DNA from: a virus
DNA length: 64,000 bases
Virus record (IMG/VR): IMGVR_UViG_3300042197_000370
Strand: one strand, 5' to 3'
The position numbers and the translations under genes are program-made. Shown here in pieces: positions 17,313 to 26,272 of the stretch. The notes below the pieces were generated by a model. It searched no databases. It saw only the letters and a program-made list of their open reading frames with translations, and was not told where the DNA came from. Numbering within the stretch: the first letter of the stretch is position 1; each line of letters opens with the position of its first letter.

Positions 17313-18511
17313 AATGTTCCCTCATATCTTTCAAACCATGGATCAATGATAACTATAGTACCATCTTTACGTTGCATAGCATTGTCTGTATGCAAGTCCC
17401 AATACATTTTATTAATCTTACCTGTTCTGTATAGTAATTCCATTACAGTATACAGTAGTTGCATCTCTGCATGTTTATTTTCATTACCCTTTACCATTGA
17501 TAAATTTTGCCACTTCAAAGCAAACTGATTTGCTTTATCAGTGTGAAAATCATACCATGTTTTTGGATATCCCAACAAATCATCTACTTTATTCCATGAT
17601 ACTTTATTTGAAACGTAATCACTAAAGAACCAAACTATACCTTGTGTAAAACTATCTTCTTTAATGGGATATAGTTGTTCCATACTAACCTGTATGTAAT
17701 TCTTATTACCCAATTTAAATTCTATGTAATCTTTACCTTGTATAGGTATAAACTTTGGTAAGCATGCTAAGTCTTTATGTTGTGTACAAAACTCATAGAA
17801 CTTTTTGAATACGTATGCAGCCTGTGTAATATCTTTACTGTCAGGCATAATGACTTTTATCACATGCCCTTCATCTCTACTCCATACAGTAGCATCAGCG
17901 CCATGACCTAATTGCTTATAGCCTGCATTTTTAAGTTCCTGAGTGATTCGTTTCGCCTCAGGAGTTCCTGACTCTGCTTCGTCTACATCTACTTCATTAA
18001 CGATAACAGTGGAACCCGGTTTAGGATGTGTCAATCCTATCTTGTCTGGATATAATGGACCCGATTCAACACGTTCGCCGCCATCAAAATACTTTAACTC
18101 TACAGGCAACTCATCCCAACCTAATGCAGCCGCAGCCATGATACGATGATTACCTTCATTGACCCAGGCTTCACCGTTGTATGCCACCATAACAAAAGGA
18201 GCATATTCTTCACCATTTCTTTTTAGTGGTAACTTACCTGTATCTTTCATTATTTTCATAATGGCTTCTAGGTCTTTTTCTCTGACGTTCTTTTGTTCGC
18301 CACGCATGCCGGGCAATCTCTTCAACAAACTAACAGGTAGTTTAGGTTCAGGTCTTACAATACCAGTTGTTGATCCCATATATGGTACACCGTAACTGTC
18401 ACGACCTCTGCTCTTTGCGTATTCAACTTTTCCAGCCAGCCAATCCTCATTAGGAACATCTGTAATCAGCATGCTCTCATTTAATTTAGAGGTAAATTCA
18501 CTGGCTCTCAT
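17309..18511 (-). CDS. ParB/Srx-like plus protein-kinase-like fusion, putative virion-internal
   Basis: MRASEF...LNE leader; WVNEGNHRIMAA (ParB/Srx); LGHGADATV, VIKV, MEQL, DLHTDN and IIDP (kinase fold). Confidence 0.65.
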   Translation of the reverse strand: MRASEFTSKLNESMLITDVPNEDWLAGKVEYAKSRGRDSYGVPYMGSTTGIVRPEPKLPVSLLKRLPGMRGEQKNVREKDLEAIMKIMKDTGKLPLKRNGEEYAPFVMVAYNGEAWVNEGNHRIMAAAALGWDELPVELKYFDGGERVESGPLYPDKIGLTHPKPGSTVIVNEVDVDEAESGTPEAKRITQELKNAGYKQLGHGADATVWSRDEGHVIKVIMPDSKDITQAAYVFKKFYEFCTQHKDLACLPKFIPIQGKDYIEFKLGNKNYIQVSMEQLYPIKEDSFTQGIVWFFSDYVSNKVSWNKVDDLLGYPKTWYDFHTDKANQFALKWQNLSMVKGNENKHAEMQLLYTVMELLYRTGKINKMYWDLHTDNAMQRKDGTIVIIDPWFERYEGTL

Positions 18512-18516
18512 ACATA

Positions 18517-18523
18517 TATTTAT
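18517..18523 (-). promoter_or_regulatory. Late promoter motif, ATAAATA-5 nt-ATG
   Basis: 5 nt before ATG 18511, no SD. Confidence 0.55.
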
Positions 18524-19059
18524 TAGTTTTGACTTTTATACAACTCGTCAAAAATCTGTATGAAATAGTCAAATGCTAGGTTAGCCTCATCAGCCAAATC
18601 CATCGTTAATTTGTCGTTGAATGATTTGATGATGCCGGGTCTATCTTCAAATTGATATGCTCTACCGGTACCGGGTACAACCCTAGCCATTAGTTTGCCA
18701 CCATATAGATCGCCCATATGTCTTACATAGACATGTGCTAGTAACAAATGAGGATTGTGATATGCAGTAGCCCACAAGTGGTCGATATACTTTTTAGTAC
18801 TAGGCATTAATTCTCTAGTATAATTATTATTAAGTTCTTTTAAATCTTCACAGATTGCGGTATAGCGTTCTATGCCTGGTAAATCTTTTAGTATATCAGC
18901 ACCACGTGCGGCTAATTCTATTACTCTGTATATCTCACGCAATTCAAATAGGTAATGAACGTATTGATCTACAGTGGGACCATTCATAATGGTCTGTATC
19001 ATGGGCAGTGATTCTACCTCACGATGCTTGGCATTAGTTACTTCTCTTAATATTGTCAT
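18523..19059 (-). CDS. ho1: Heme oxygenase
   Basis: LREVTNAKHREVES (proximal His) and AHVYVRHMGDLYGG (distal helix). Confidence 0.85.
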   Translation of the reverse strand: MTILREVTNAKHREVESLPMIQTIMNGPTVDQYVHYLFELREIYRVIELAARGADILKDLPGIERYTAICEDLKELNNNYTRELMPSTKKYIDHLWATAYHNPHLLLAHVYVRHMGDLYGGKLMARVVPGTGRAYQFEDRPGIIKSFNDKLTMDLADEANLAFDYFIQIFDELYKSQN

Positions 19060-19499
19060 GCGCGGGCTTTTTTGAGTGTGCTACGTAACATCCAACCATG
19101 TTTTTCATGTGCATCTAAACGTCCTGCAATAAAATCTGCAATACCCTGTTTATTTTCTGCCTCAGCATGTTCAAAACAATTGTTGAGCAATTCAATAACT
19201 TTTTGATTATCTACTTCTAATTCTTGTAACATAAGTTCAGCACGTGGAATCATGGGTTGTTCTTCAATGATTGATAACTCACTGAATCTACGCATACTAC
19301 CTGGAGTATAACTGTCTAATGTTCTAATATATTCTGCTGTTTGGTCAATAGCGTTACCATAGACCTCTTCGTAAATGTCACCAAAGAACTTATGGTATTG
19401 TGGGAAGTTAGGGCCCTCAACGTTCCAATGAAAATGTTGCGCCTTAATTACAAACGCATAACTTGTTGATAATAATGTTTTTAATGCTTCTGCTAGCAT
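19056..19499 (-). CDS. dps: Dps / ferritin-like DNA-protection protein
   Basis: Start moved to MLAEAL (19499, GAGG RBS). HFHWNVEGPNF..H..F...YEE...DQTAE.IR and HEKHGWML. Confidence 0.92.
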   Translation of the reverse strand: MLAEALKTLLSTSYAFVIKAQHFHWNVEGPNFPQYHKFFGDIYEEVYGNAIDQTAEYIRTLDSYTPGSMRRFSELSIIEEQPMIPRAELMLQELEVDNQKVIELLNNCFEHAEAENKQGIADFIAGRLDAHEKHGWMLRSTLKKARA

Positions 19500-19500
19500 G

Positions 19501-19641
19501 TTATCCTCTACATAATAATTCTGATGCTTTTGTTTTCCAAACGTTTGGAAAAACACTGTGTACAATTAATATTCCTGCTATAGTTAATGCCCTACGCATG
19601 TGTTGAAAGTATGTCATATTTACATCTTGTAAATGTGTCAT
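19501..19641 (-). CDS. 46-aa small protein (absent from ORF track), DUF6356-like
   Basis: MTHLQDVNMTYFQHMRRALTIAGILIVHSVFPNVWKTKASELLCRG; ATGA-coupled to the upstream gene; its stop abuts the dps RBS. Confidence 0.6.
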   Translation of the reverse strand: MTHLQDVNMTYFQHMRRALTIAGILIVHSVFPNVWKTKASELLCRG

Positions 19642-19865
19642 TTCTTCTTTCTTCCCTGACAATGGGCACGTTGACTAAAACCTTTTGGATTATTACAGTT
19701 TATACTACTTTTATATTTCTTAGACCATTTCTCTTCAATCTGTTCTTCATTAGTCATAGCAGTAATACGCCTAGGACCTTTGCGTTTGAACATGTTATAT
19801 TCTTGTTCATAGGTACCGGGCATAGGTAAGCCCTTATTTTCTGCAATGAATTCGCTGGCTCTCAC
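19638..19865 (-). CDS. Small putative virion-internal protein
   Basis: MRASEFIAE leader; basic module KWSKKYKSSINCNNPKGFSQRAHC. Confidence 0.7.
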   Translation of the reverse strand: MRASEFIAENKGLPMPGTYEQEYNMFKRKGPRRITAMTNEEQIEEKWSKKYKSSINCNNPKGFSQRAHCQGRKKK

Positions 19866-20018
19866 TTCAAATATACCTTTTTAGTTTTGACACTAGGATC
19901 TGTTTTAGGATCAATAGGTTTAGTATTGGTTAACATATTACCCTTTTTAGGTTTGTTGTCAGTCAATGTTTGCTTCTTTTGACCGGCTATAGCCAATCCC
20001 GTAACTACTTTTAACATA

Positions 20019-22241
20019 TTATTTCCCTGCAGGTTTAATATCATACCAACGCCAGCCATCGCCGTCGTTACGATTGACCGCTTCAGTTTCACTTATACCC
20101 TGTGCTATGCCTGAGGGTTTTACTTTATACTTACGATAACTTTGTCCTGCGTTACCACCTTGACCCATTCCACCTGCGTATGCAGTATCTTCATTCTTCT
20201 TGCCACCAGTGCCCCAATTACTTGCGCCTTTTTTACGGCACTTGACTAATGCACCACTAGCATAAGCACTAGGCCATACTTTATAACGGCTCTTAACTTT
20301 GTAGTAGCAGGCGTCTTTCTTTTCGTTCATCATTTCTGCTTCATACATAGCACCACCGCATTTAGGACATTGTTGATGACCTTCTTCTACGCTTTCTTTT
20401 GGCACACAATTAGGGACCATTTTACCGCCCTTACTTTTCATACCAACTTGCTTATGTGTATCCCAGCACTTTTCGTCTAATTGTTCTTCCGCTACGTTTT
20501 TGGCTATTTTATTCAATTCATAGTGAACTTTATCACCGGCGTCAGCCCTAAATGCTCTGAATCCTAATTCCTTAGCATAACGCTGAACTAACCTATCATA
20601 TAAATTAGCACGACTTTGTGTTTTTTGTCCTGGTTCAACTTCTTTGCTGGCTGAGAAGATTACTCTTTTGGGTTTGTACTTCTTAATAAATGTTTGAATA
20701 GCACTTAATACTGTAGCAAATATTCTATGTGCATCACCTTCTCCTGTGACTTCTTGACTGTCATTTCTATAAAATTCAACACTCCAGGCTTCTTCACCTT
20801 CTTCATTTGCGTCTAGGTTAAACATGATACTTAGGTCATCACCATTGGGTATTTCAGCGTAGGCTGTTACCTCATCCATGTCACCAGGATACCATTTTAG
20901 TTTGTAGGGTTGGTCAAAGGATTCCTCTAAATCTTGTGCCTCCGCCGTATCTTGCTGTTTTGTAAATACAAGATCACCATCGTATTTTCTATCAACATAG
21001 CCTGCTTCTATAGCATCATCTTCCCACATGATATCACCGATCATGTTTTCTAAAAATGACCAGTAATCATCGTCTCCGATAAACTCCATGTTCATACCGT
21101 AATAAGTATTATTTTTTGTATCAAAACCATTTCGCATAGTAGAGAATTCTTTAGCATTATTGCCTGTAGTTGAAGATAGTTTATATATAGCATGTTTATG
21201 ACTATCATCCTGAGGATTTCCTGTAGCAAGAAACATTGGGCTTTGGCGTGTTATGCCATTTTGATCTATTCTTATTTCGTAAATTCCGTCACGGTCATTA
21301 TTACCAATTACTGATGCTACAATTTTATTTGTTCTAAGATTTTTGAAAACCAAATCAACATCATCTATTCCTTTTGATCGTGGTCCAGTAGCGTAAACAA
21401 TTCCTTCAGTATTGTTTTCATTTAATGAATTTTTAGGTTTTTTATGATGTTTCTTCATGTTTATAGCAATAGCAGCCTGTTGAGCAGGGTTCATAGCTTC
21501 ATTTGATTTCTTTTTTGTAGCTACATTCTTTGCTGGGCCACTACGCTCTGGATTAGGATCTTCTCTACGCTTACGTGCTGCCGCGCTTGCACGACCCTTC
21601 TTTCCTAGACTGTGGGCTTTACTCTGTGGTAAGCATTTTGGCTTACCCTCGCTGTCATCACCCCTTGCACAATCACCGCGAATCTTGCCATCAGGACCAA
21701 AACGAACCCACTTCTCTTTAAACCATTTGCGTAGATTCTCATCTAGTATTTCATCATCGTCCCAACGTGATTGTTGTAATGCTTCTTCAAATACTTCATC
21801 TAATCCGTATACTGCTGATTCTAATTGATTCTTTGCATTATACACATCATCAATTGCTGATTCAAGTGAATCTTTATCAATATTGAACTTTTCTGCAAGC
21901 ATTTGAATTTGTACAATAATATCTGTAGCAGTATCATCATACTTGATTTGTTTGGTTATCTGTCTGGCTTTTTGTAGTGCCATTTCTAATTCTGCTTGTC
22001 TATCTGCACCTTCTTCAAGTCCACCTGAATATACTGGCTTCCCTGCTTTACGTGCAGCCAATCTTTTTTGTAGTTCAGGATTAACATCAGATTTTGGCGC
22101 CGGCGCAACCGGTGATGCTGGAGCCTTAGGTTCTGCAATAGGTTTATCAAAGGATGTGATTTGTCCCGCCTTACGTGCAGCCAAACGCTTTTGTAGATCG
22201 GGATTTAATTCTGATATCAAACCTTTTATGATAGAACTCAT
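20019..22241 (-). CDS. Large mosaic (polyvalent) putative virion-internal protein
   Basis: Leader ends LISE; modules separated by x-x-E sites; includes an Alt-N-like domain and Cys/Lys-rich modules. Confidence 0.7.
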   Translation of the reverse strand: MSSIIKGLISELNPDLQKRLAARKAGQITSFDKPIAEPKAPASPVAPAPKSDVNPELQKRLAARKAGKPVYSGGLEEGADRQAELEMALQKARQITKQIKYDDTATDIIVQIQMLAEKFNIDKDSLESAIDDVYNAKNQLESAVYGLDEVFEEALQQSRWDDDEILDENLRKWFKEKWVRFGPDGKIRGDCARGDDSEGKPKCLPQSKAHSLGKKGRASAAARKRREDPNPERSGPAKNVATKKKSNEAMNPAQQAAIAINMKKHHKKPKNSLNENNTEGIVYATGPRSKGIDDVDLVFKNLRTNKIVASVIGNNDRDGIYEIRIDQNGITRQSPMFLATGNPQDDSHKHAIYKLSSTTGNNAKEFSTMRNGFDTKNNTYYGMNMEFIGDDDYWSFLENMIGDIMWEDDAIEAGYVDRKYDGDLVFTKQQDTAEAQDLEESFDQPYKLKWYPGDMDEVTAYAEIPNGDDLSIMFNLDANEEGEEAWSVEFYRNDSQEVTGEGDAHRIFATVLSAIQTFIKKYKPKRVIFSASKEVEPGQKTQSRANLYDRLVQRYAKELGFRAFRADAGDKVHYELNKIAKNVAEEQLDEKCWDTHKQVGMKSKGGKMVPNCVPKESVEEGHQQCPKCGGAMYEAEMMNEKKDACYYKVKSRYKVWPSAYASGALVKCRKKGASNWGTGGKKNEDTAYAGGMGQGGNAGQSYRKYKVKPSGIAQGISETEAVNRNDGDGWRWYDIKPAGK

Positions 22242-22243
22242 AA

Positions 22244-23443
22244 TTAATCCTTCTTCTTTTTGTTCTTATTGTCTAAGTAACCACGTTTGTTTGCAGTAGC
22301 CCAAGCAATATCTTCTGCCTTATCAGCACTCTTACCGGATTTCATTTCAGACTTTTTAATGTGCTGTACCATGCGGTCAACTTTTGCGCCTTCCATCATA
22401 CCTGGTTGACCTATGCGTTGTGCCGCGGCTTGTGCCATTTCCTTACTACGGTCACGATAAAGCATATCACCCATCTTCTTCATCATCTTATGAAACTTGA
22501 TAGGATCTGAAAATACTTTAATGATTTCGTCTACACGACCGTCTTTAACGGCTTGTTTATAAACACCATATGCAAAACGTGCTTCAGGATATTCTAATGT
22601 TACTGTGTCATCACCTAACTTAACATCAGCACTTGTGCCATCTTTGGCTGCATATGCAATTGCTTTAGCATTGTCATATCCTACAGATCCGGAACTCATG
22701 TTTTCTGTTAATCCATTAAGACTTTGTTCAACTTGCTTGACCCAACCGCTAACATCGCTTGAACCAATTTCATCAACATCACCAACAAAGTCAGCAACAT
22801 CATCTACTGCTTGTCCAACTTTCTCAGGACCATGCTTTGCTAATAAGTCAGTACGTTGCATCAATATTCTTCTAATGATAGCATTCGCTACTGGATTATC
22901 TGGGCCTTCTATACCCTCACCAACACCACCTGCGGCTACGACGCCACCCTGCATTTCTTGTACCTTCTTACCTTCTAGGTATTCTGCAATGGTGTTTAAG
23001 TAGTCTGCTGCCTTAATAATCTTTTCCTGCACCCAGCCCTCAAGACCTTCATCTTCGCTACGGTCTTTAATTAATCCATAGACTGTTTTAGCATTCTTCA
23101 TGGCTTGTATTAAATCACTACGTGCCATTTCAACTTCATGATCTACACGACTTTTTCCTTTTGGAACAAAACCAAACACCTTAGGTTTTTCTGCTCTCAT
23201 TAAGAACATATCTTCTTCAGATAGTTCATCTTCTTTAATAGCACTTTCGCTAATGCTATTTGTATATGGGCCTTTCTTCTTTGCTTTGCCAAACATGACC
23301 TTATCTGCTGGTTCTAATCCAGCAACTTTGGGTCCTGCTTTAGGTCTTTTTTGTGTCTCGCCCATAGGCTTTGCAACTGCGGCTACTGAGCCTGATGCAG
23401 TTGCCCCTGCGGTTGTTTCATTTATAATGTTTTCTATTTTCAT
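22244..23443 (-). CDS. Mosaic putative virion-internal protein
   Basis: MKIENIINE leader; modules DHEVEMARSDL...WVQEKI and EGAKVDRMVQHIK. Confidence 0.7.
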   Translation of the reverse strand: MKIENIINETTAGATASGSVAAVAKPMGETQKRPKAGPKVAGLEPADKVMFGKAKKKGPYTNSISESAIKEDELSEEDMFLMRAEKPKVFGFVPKGKSRVDHEVEMARSDLIQAMKNAKTVYGLIKDRSEDEGLEGWVQEKIIKAADYLNTIAEYLEGKKVQEMQGGVVAAGGVGEGIEGPDNPVANAIIRRILMQRTDLLAKHGPEKVGQAVDDVADFVGDVDEIGSSDVSGWVKQVEQSLNGLTENMSSGSVGYDNAKAIAYAAKDGTSADVKLGDDTVTLEYPEARFAYGVYKQAVKDGRVDEIIKVFSDPIKFHKMMKKMGDMLYRDRSKEMAQAAAQRIGQPGMMEGAKVDRMVQHIKKSEMKSGKSADKAEDIAWATANKRGYLDNKNKKKKD

Positions 23444-23466
23444 GGTCTAAATCCGTACTAATGTAG

Positions 23467-23502
23467 TATTTATCTGAAATACGGCAATATGACTTATAAA
23501 TA
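23467..23502. promoter_or_regulatory. Back-to-back divergent late promoter motifs
   Basis: ATAAATA on minus (23467-23473) and TATAAATA on plus (23495-23502), the latter 5 nt before ATG 23508. Confidence 0.6.
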
Positions 23503-23507
23503 AAAAC

Positions 23508-24671
23508 ATGATAATCAACTTAAACAAAATACCTAGCATAGAATTCGATCTACTTAAGGGAGGGTGCAAAGTAGAAGAATTGCGTCAGTCCGTACTCAAC
23601 TACATTTATGAGAGTAAAAACTCGTCAATATGTAAGAATAACAAGATTTTCTTATTAAAATGCACACAATACAAAGGTCTATATGAAGTTTCTGTGGGTG
23701 ATATTTTAGGTCCTGATATTATTAAATCCATACAAAATAAGGAGATAATGTTAGGGATAGATTGCTCTTCGGAAGCACATTACGGAATGGTAGATGTTGC
23801 CTATGAGATAGCAGAAGAATTATATTTACCTAAAAGTCAGATTTTACTTATAACCAGTTCCACTGATATGGAATCATACATGAAGAGTAAGTATGAAGAA
23901 CATATTCATTTAGAATCGTATGATCATTTTGAAAAATTAGCACAAAGACAGATAAAGAGTTATAAGTTTACAGACCATGTTAAACCGTTGGAGTACCAAA
24001 AGAAATTTATCTGTCTTAATAGAATGTTACGTGATCATAGAGTAGCATTATTACACCTACTATATGAAAAAGATTTGCTTAGACAAGGATACGTAAGTTG
24101 TCCAACGGTTGAAGATTACCATAAATTTGCGCCGGCACTACGGGTAAAAATTAACGTACATGAACAAATGAGAAATCTTTTTCCTAAACTTGCAGATAGA
24201 TTGAACTATGACCAGCAAATAAATGATATGTTGCCAATGATAGTAGATACAAATCAAATTATGGAGTTTAATTTAGCATATGGATTACCACAGAACTTTG
24301 GTTTAGAACCCTATTATACTACGTCATACTTTAGCGTAGTTTCAGAAACATATTTCTTCAATAATAACCCAACGTTCATCACAGAAAAGATTTATAAACC
24401 AATTGCTTATAAACATCCTTTCATCGTATCAGGAACATACAATATACTAAAACATCTAAGAAGCAAAGGCTATAAAACGTTTGATGGTGTAATAGATGAA
24501 AGTTATGACTCTATAGAAGATGAGACAGAACGTTTAATAGCAGTTGCTAATGAGATACAACGATTGTGTTCGCTTACACCTGCTGAAGTTATAGAGTTTA
24601 ATAATAGAACAAAAGAAATTGTTGATTACAATCAACAAGTCTTAATAAGTAAGAAAAATTTCATGCAATAA
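23508..24671 (+). CDS. Putative glycosyltransferase (GT10-like), paralogue of 5687-6751
   Basis: KKFICLNR..R.HR, FSVVSET...FITEKIYKPI..KHPFIVSG, GYKTFDGVIDESYD. Confidence 0.5.
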   Translation: MIINLNKIPSIEFDLLKGGCKVEELRQSVLNYIYESKNSSICKNNKIFLLKCTQYKGLYEVSVGDILGPDIIKSIQNKEIMLGIDCSSEAHYGMVDVAYEIAEELYLPKSQILLITSSTDMESYMKSKYEEHIHLESYDHFEKLAQRQIKSYKFTDHVKPLEYQKKFICLNRMLRDHRVALLHLLYEKDLLRQGYVSCPTVEDYHKFAPALRVKINVHEQMRNLFPKLADRLNYDQQINDMLPMIVDTNQIMEFNLAYGLPQNFGLEPYYTTSYFSVVSETYFFNNNPTFITEKIYKPIAYKHPFIVSGTYNILKHLRSKGYKTFDGVIDESYDSIEDETERLIAVANEIQRLCSLTPAEVIEFNNRTKEIVDYNQQVLISKKNFMQ

Positions 24672-24693
24672 AAAAGCCCCTTTCGGGGCTTTT
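24672..24693. terminator. Bidirectional intrinsic terminator
   Basis: AAAAGCCCC-TTTC-GGGGCTTTT between convergent genes. Confidence 0.85.
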
Positions 24694-24694
24694 C

Positions 24695-25573
24695 TTATTT
24701 TGCTTCCTGTTGCTTTTTCTGCTCTTGTGCCTGAACATACATTGGGCCAATGTTGTCAAGTAAGTACTGCTGATTTTCCATACAGAAAACATAACTACCA
24801 CTGTGACGTAGTAATACACGTTTATCAACGTAAATCTTGCCACCAAGATCACGCCAGTTTTCACAGAAGGTCCAATCTTCGCTGTAGTAACGATTCTGAC
24901 GAACTGCGGTATCAAAGTATGTCTTTAAGTGTTGATCATACTTTGGATCTAATCCGATATCATTCTTATACTGCTTTACAGCAGGATGACTGTTCAACTT
25001 TTGGAATACGTGTTTCTTCATCAACAAGAAACCAGTTCCTGCTTTGCTTACTTCTTGTAATCCATCTGGTCCTTCTTCAGCACCCTCGAATCCATTAACT
25101 ACCCACTTGATAGGCATAGTCTTCATTGGGTACAATCCACCGATAACATCCTTATCACGGTTTAACAAAACCAACAAATGCCATGGCTCCCAACCAATGT
25201 CAGCATCAACAAAGAATAAGTGTGTTGCGTCTGGCATATCTAAGAACTTAGCAGTAAGTGTATTACGTGCGCGGCTAATGAGACTTTCATTAACCATTGT
25301 TTCTAATGTCCAGTCAATACCAAGTTGACGGGCTGTGTTAGCCCACTTAATAAATGACATAAATGTAGATTCAGTTAACATACCACCATAACATGGCATA
25401 GCGATATGCACACGTGTGGTTCTTAAATAGTCTACGTTTACTTGAATTTGTCCCTGTTGATTTGTGGGCTTATCAGTTATAACTGGATTAGCAGGAGTAC
25501 CTACTCCTTGCTGTGCTGCGATTTCTTGTACCTTTTCAACTGGTACAGTCTTTTCTGATTTTTTGCGGGCCAT
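24695..25573 (-). CDS. GT-A fold glycosyltransferase (GT2-like)
   Basis: HIAMPCYGG, ESLISRARN, LFFVDADIGW (DxD), YSEDWTFC. Confidence 0.75.
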   Translation of the reverse strand: MARKKSEKTVPVEKVQEIAAQQGVGTPANPVITDKPTNQQGQIQVNVDYLRTTRVHIAMPCYGGMLTESTFMSFIKWANTARQLGIDWTLETMVNESLISRARNTLTAKFLDMPDATHLFFVDADIGWEPWHLLVLLNRDKDVIGGLYPMKTMPIKWVVNGFEGAEEGPDGLQEVSKAGTGFLLMKKHVFQKLNSHPAVKQYKNDIGLDPKYDQHLKTYFDTAVRQNRYYSEDWTFCENWRDLGGKIYVDKRVLLRHSGSYVFCMENQQYLLDNIGPMYVQAQEQKKQQEAK

Positions 25574-25596
25574 GTGTTCCTCTCAAAGTATAAACA

Positions 25597-25603
25597 TATT
25601 TAC
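25597..25603 (-). promoter_or_regulatory. Late promoter variant GTAAATA
   Basis: Upstream of the GAGG RBS and ATG 25573. Confidence 0.45.
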
Positions 25604-25623
25604 TGAGGAAACAGGTGATGAAA

Positions 25624-26271
25624 TTATTTTTCTGGAAGATAATCAGCACTTTCGGAAACCATTGTTTCTTCAGTGTTTTCTGCTAGTTCACCGCTCATAC
25701 CTATGTCTAACATTTTAACAACGGTCTGTGCTAATTTAGGATTTTTCTGAGTTGATGGGTATAAACTCATAACCATTGCAGTCTTTTGTCTATCATTAAG
25801 ATTGGGCCATGCATTACGTATTTCTGTAGCACTTTTAATGCCGGGGCCAAACTCTACAGTTGGTAGATATGCAATGTAAGCATGCTTACTAAATGGTTGT
25901 AGATTCTTTCCTGTCCATGGCTGAAAGTACGCAGGGCTACCATCTTTTTTAGTACCACCAGGCTTAGGCTGTTCGGTCTTGTCTTTCTCGCTACGTACAA
26001 ATATTAGTACATCCTCTTGTGGATCGTATTTACTTGTAATCTCTTCTGCTTTAAAAGGACTCTTAACTTGTACAAAACGTCCAGGCTCAACACCTGCAAG
26101 TTTCGCTAGTTTCTCTTTTATTGAGAAGGGGAAGGGTCTTGTTTTAGTATCGTTAGTTGCTGCCACGTATACATCTGCTTGTGGGAAGGCTTCTAATGCA
26201 CTTTTATATAATGCATAATGTCCTGCATGAAATGGATGAAACCCGCCGGGCATAACAACTATCTGTTTCAT
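25624..26271 (-). CDS. HIGH-motif nucleotidyltransferase (cytidylyltransferase-like)
   Basis: PGGFHPFHAGH, VRSEKD, SATEIR. Confidence 0.75.
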   Translation of the reverse strand: MKQIVVMPGGFHPFHAGHYALYKSALEAFPQADVYVAATNDTKTRPFPFSIKEKLAKLAGVEPGRFVQVKSPFKAEEITSKYDPQEDVLIFVRSEKDKTEQPKPGGTKKDGSPAYFQPWTGKNLQPFSKHAYIAYLPTVEFGPGIKSATEIRNAWPNLNDRQKTAMVMSLYPSTQKNPKLAQTVVKMLDIGMSGELAENTEETMVSESADYLPEK

Positions 26272-26272
26272 A

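Noticed and set aside
19862-20092. 76-aa minus-strand ORF overlapping the end of the mosaic gene
   Set aside because: It overlaps 20019-22241 out of frame with no recognisable motif; it may be real but is unsupported
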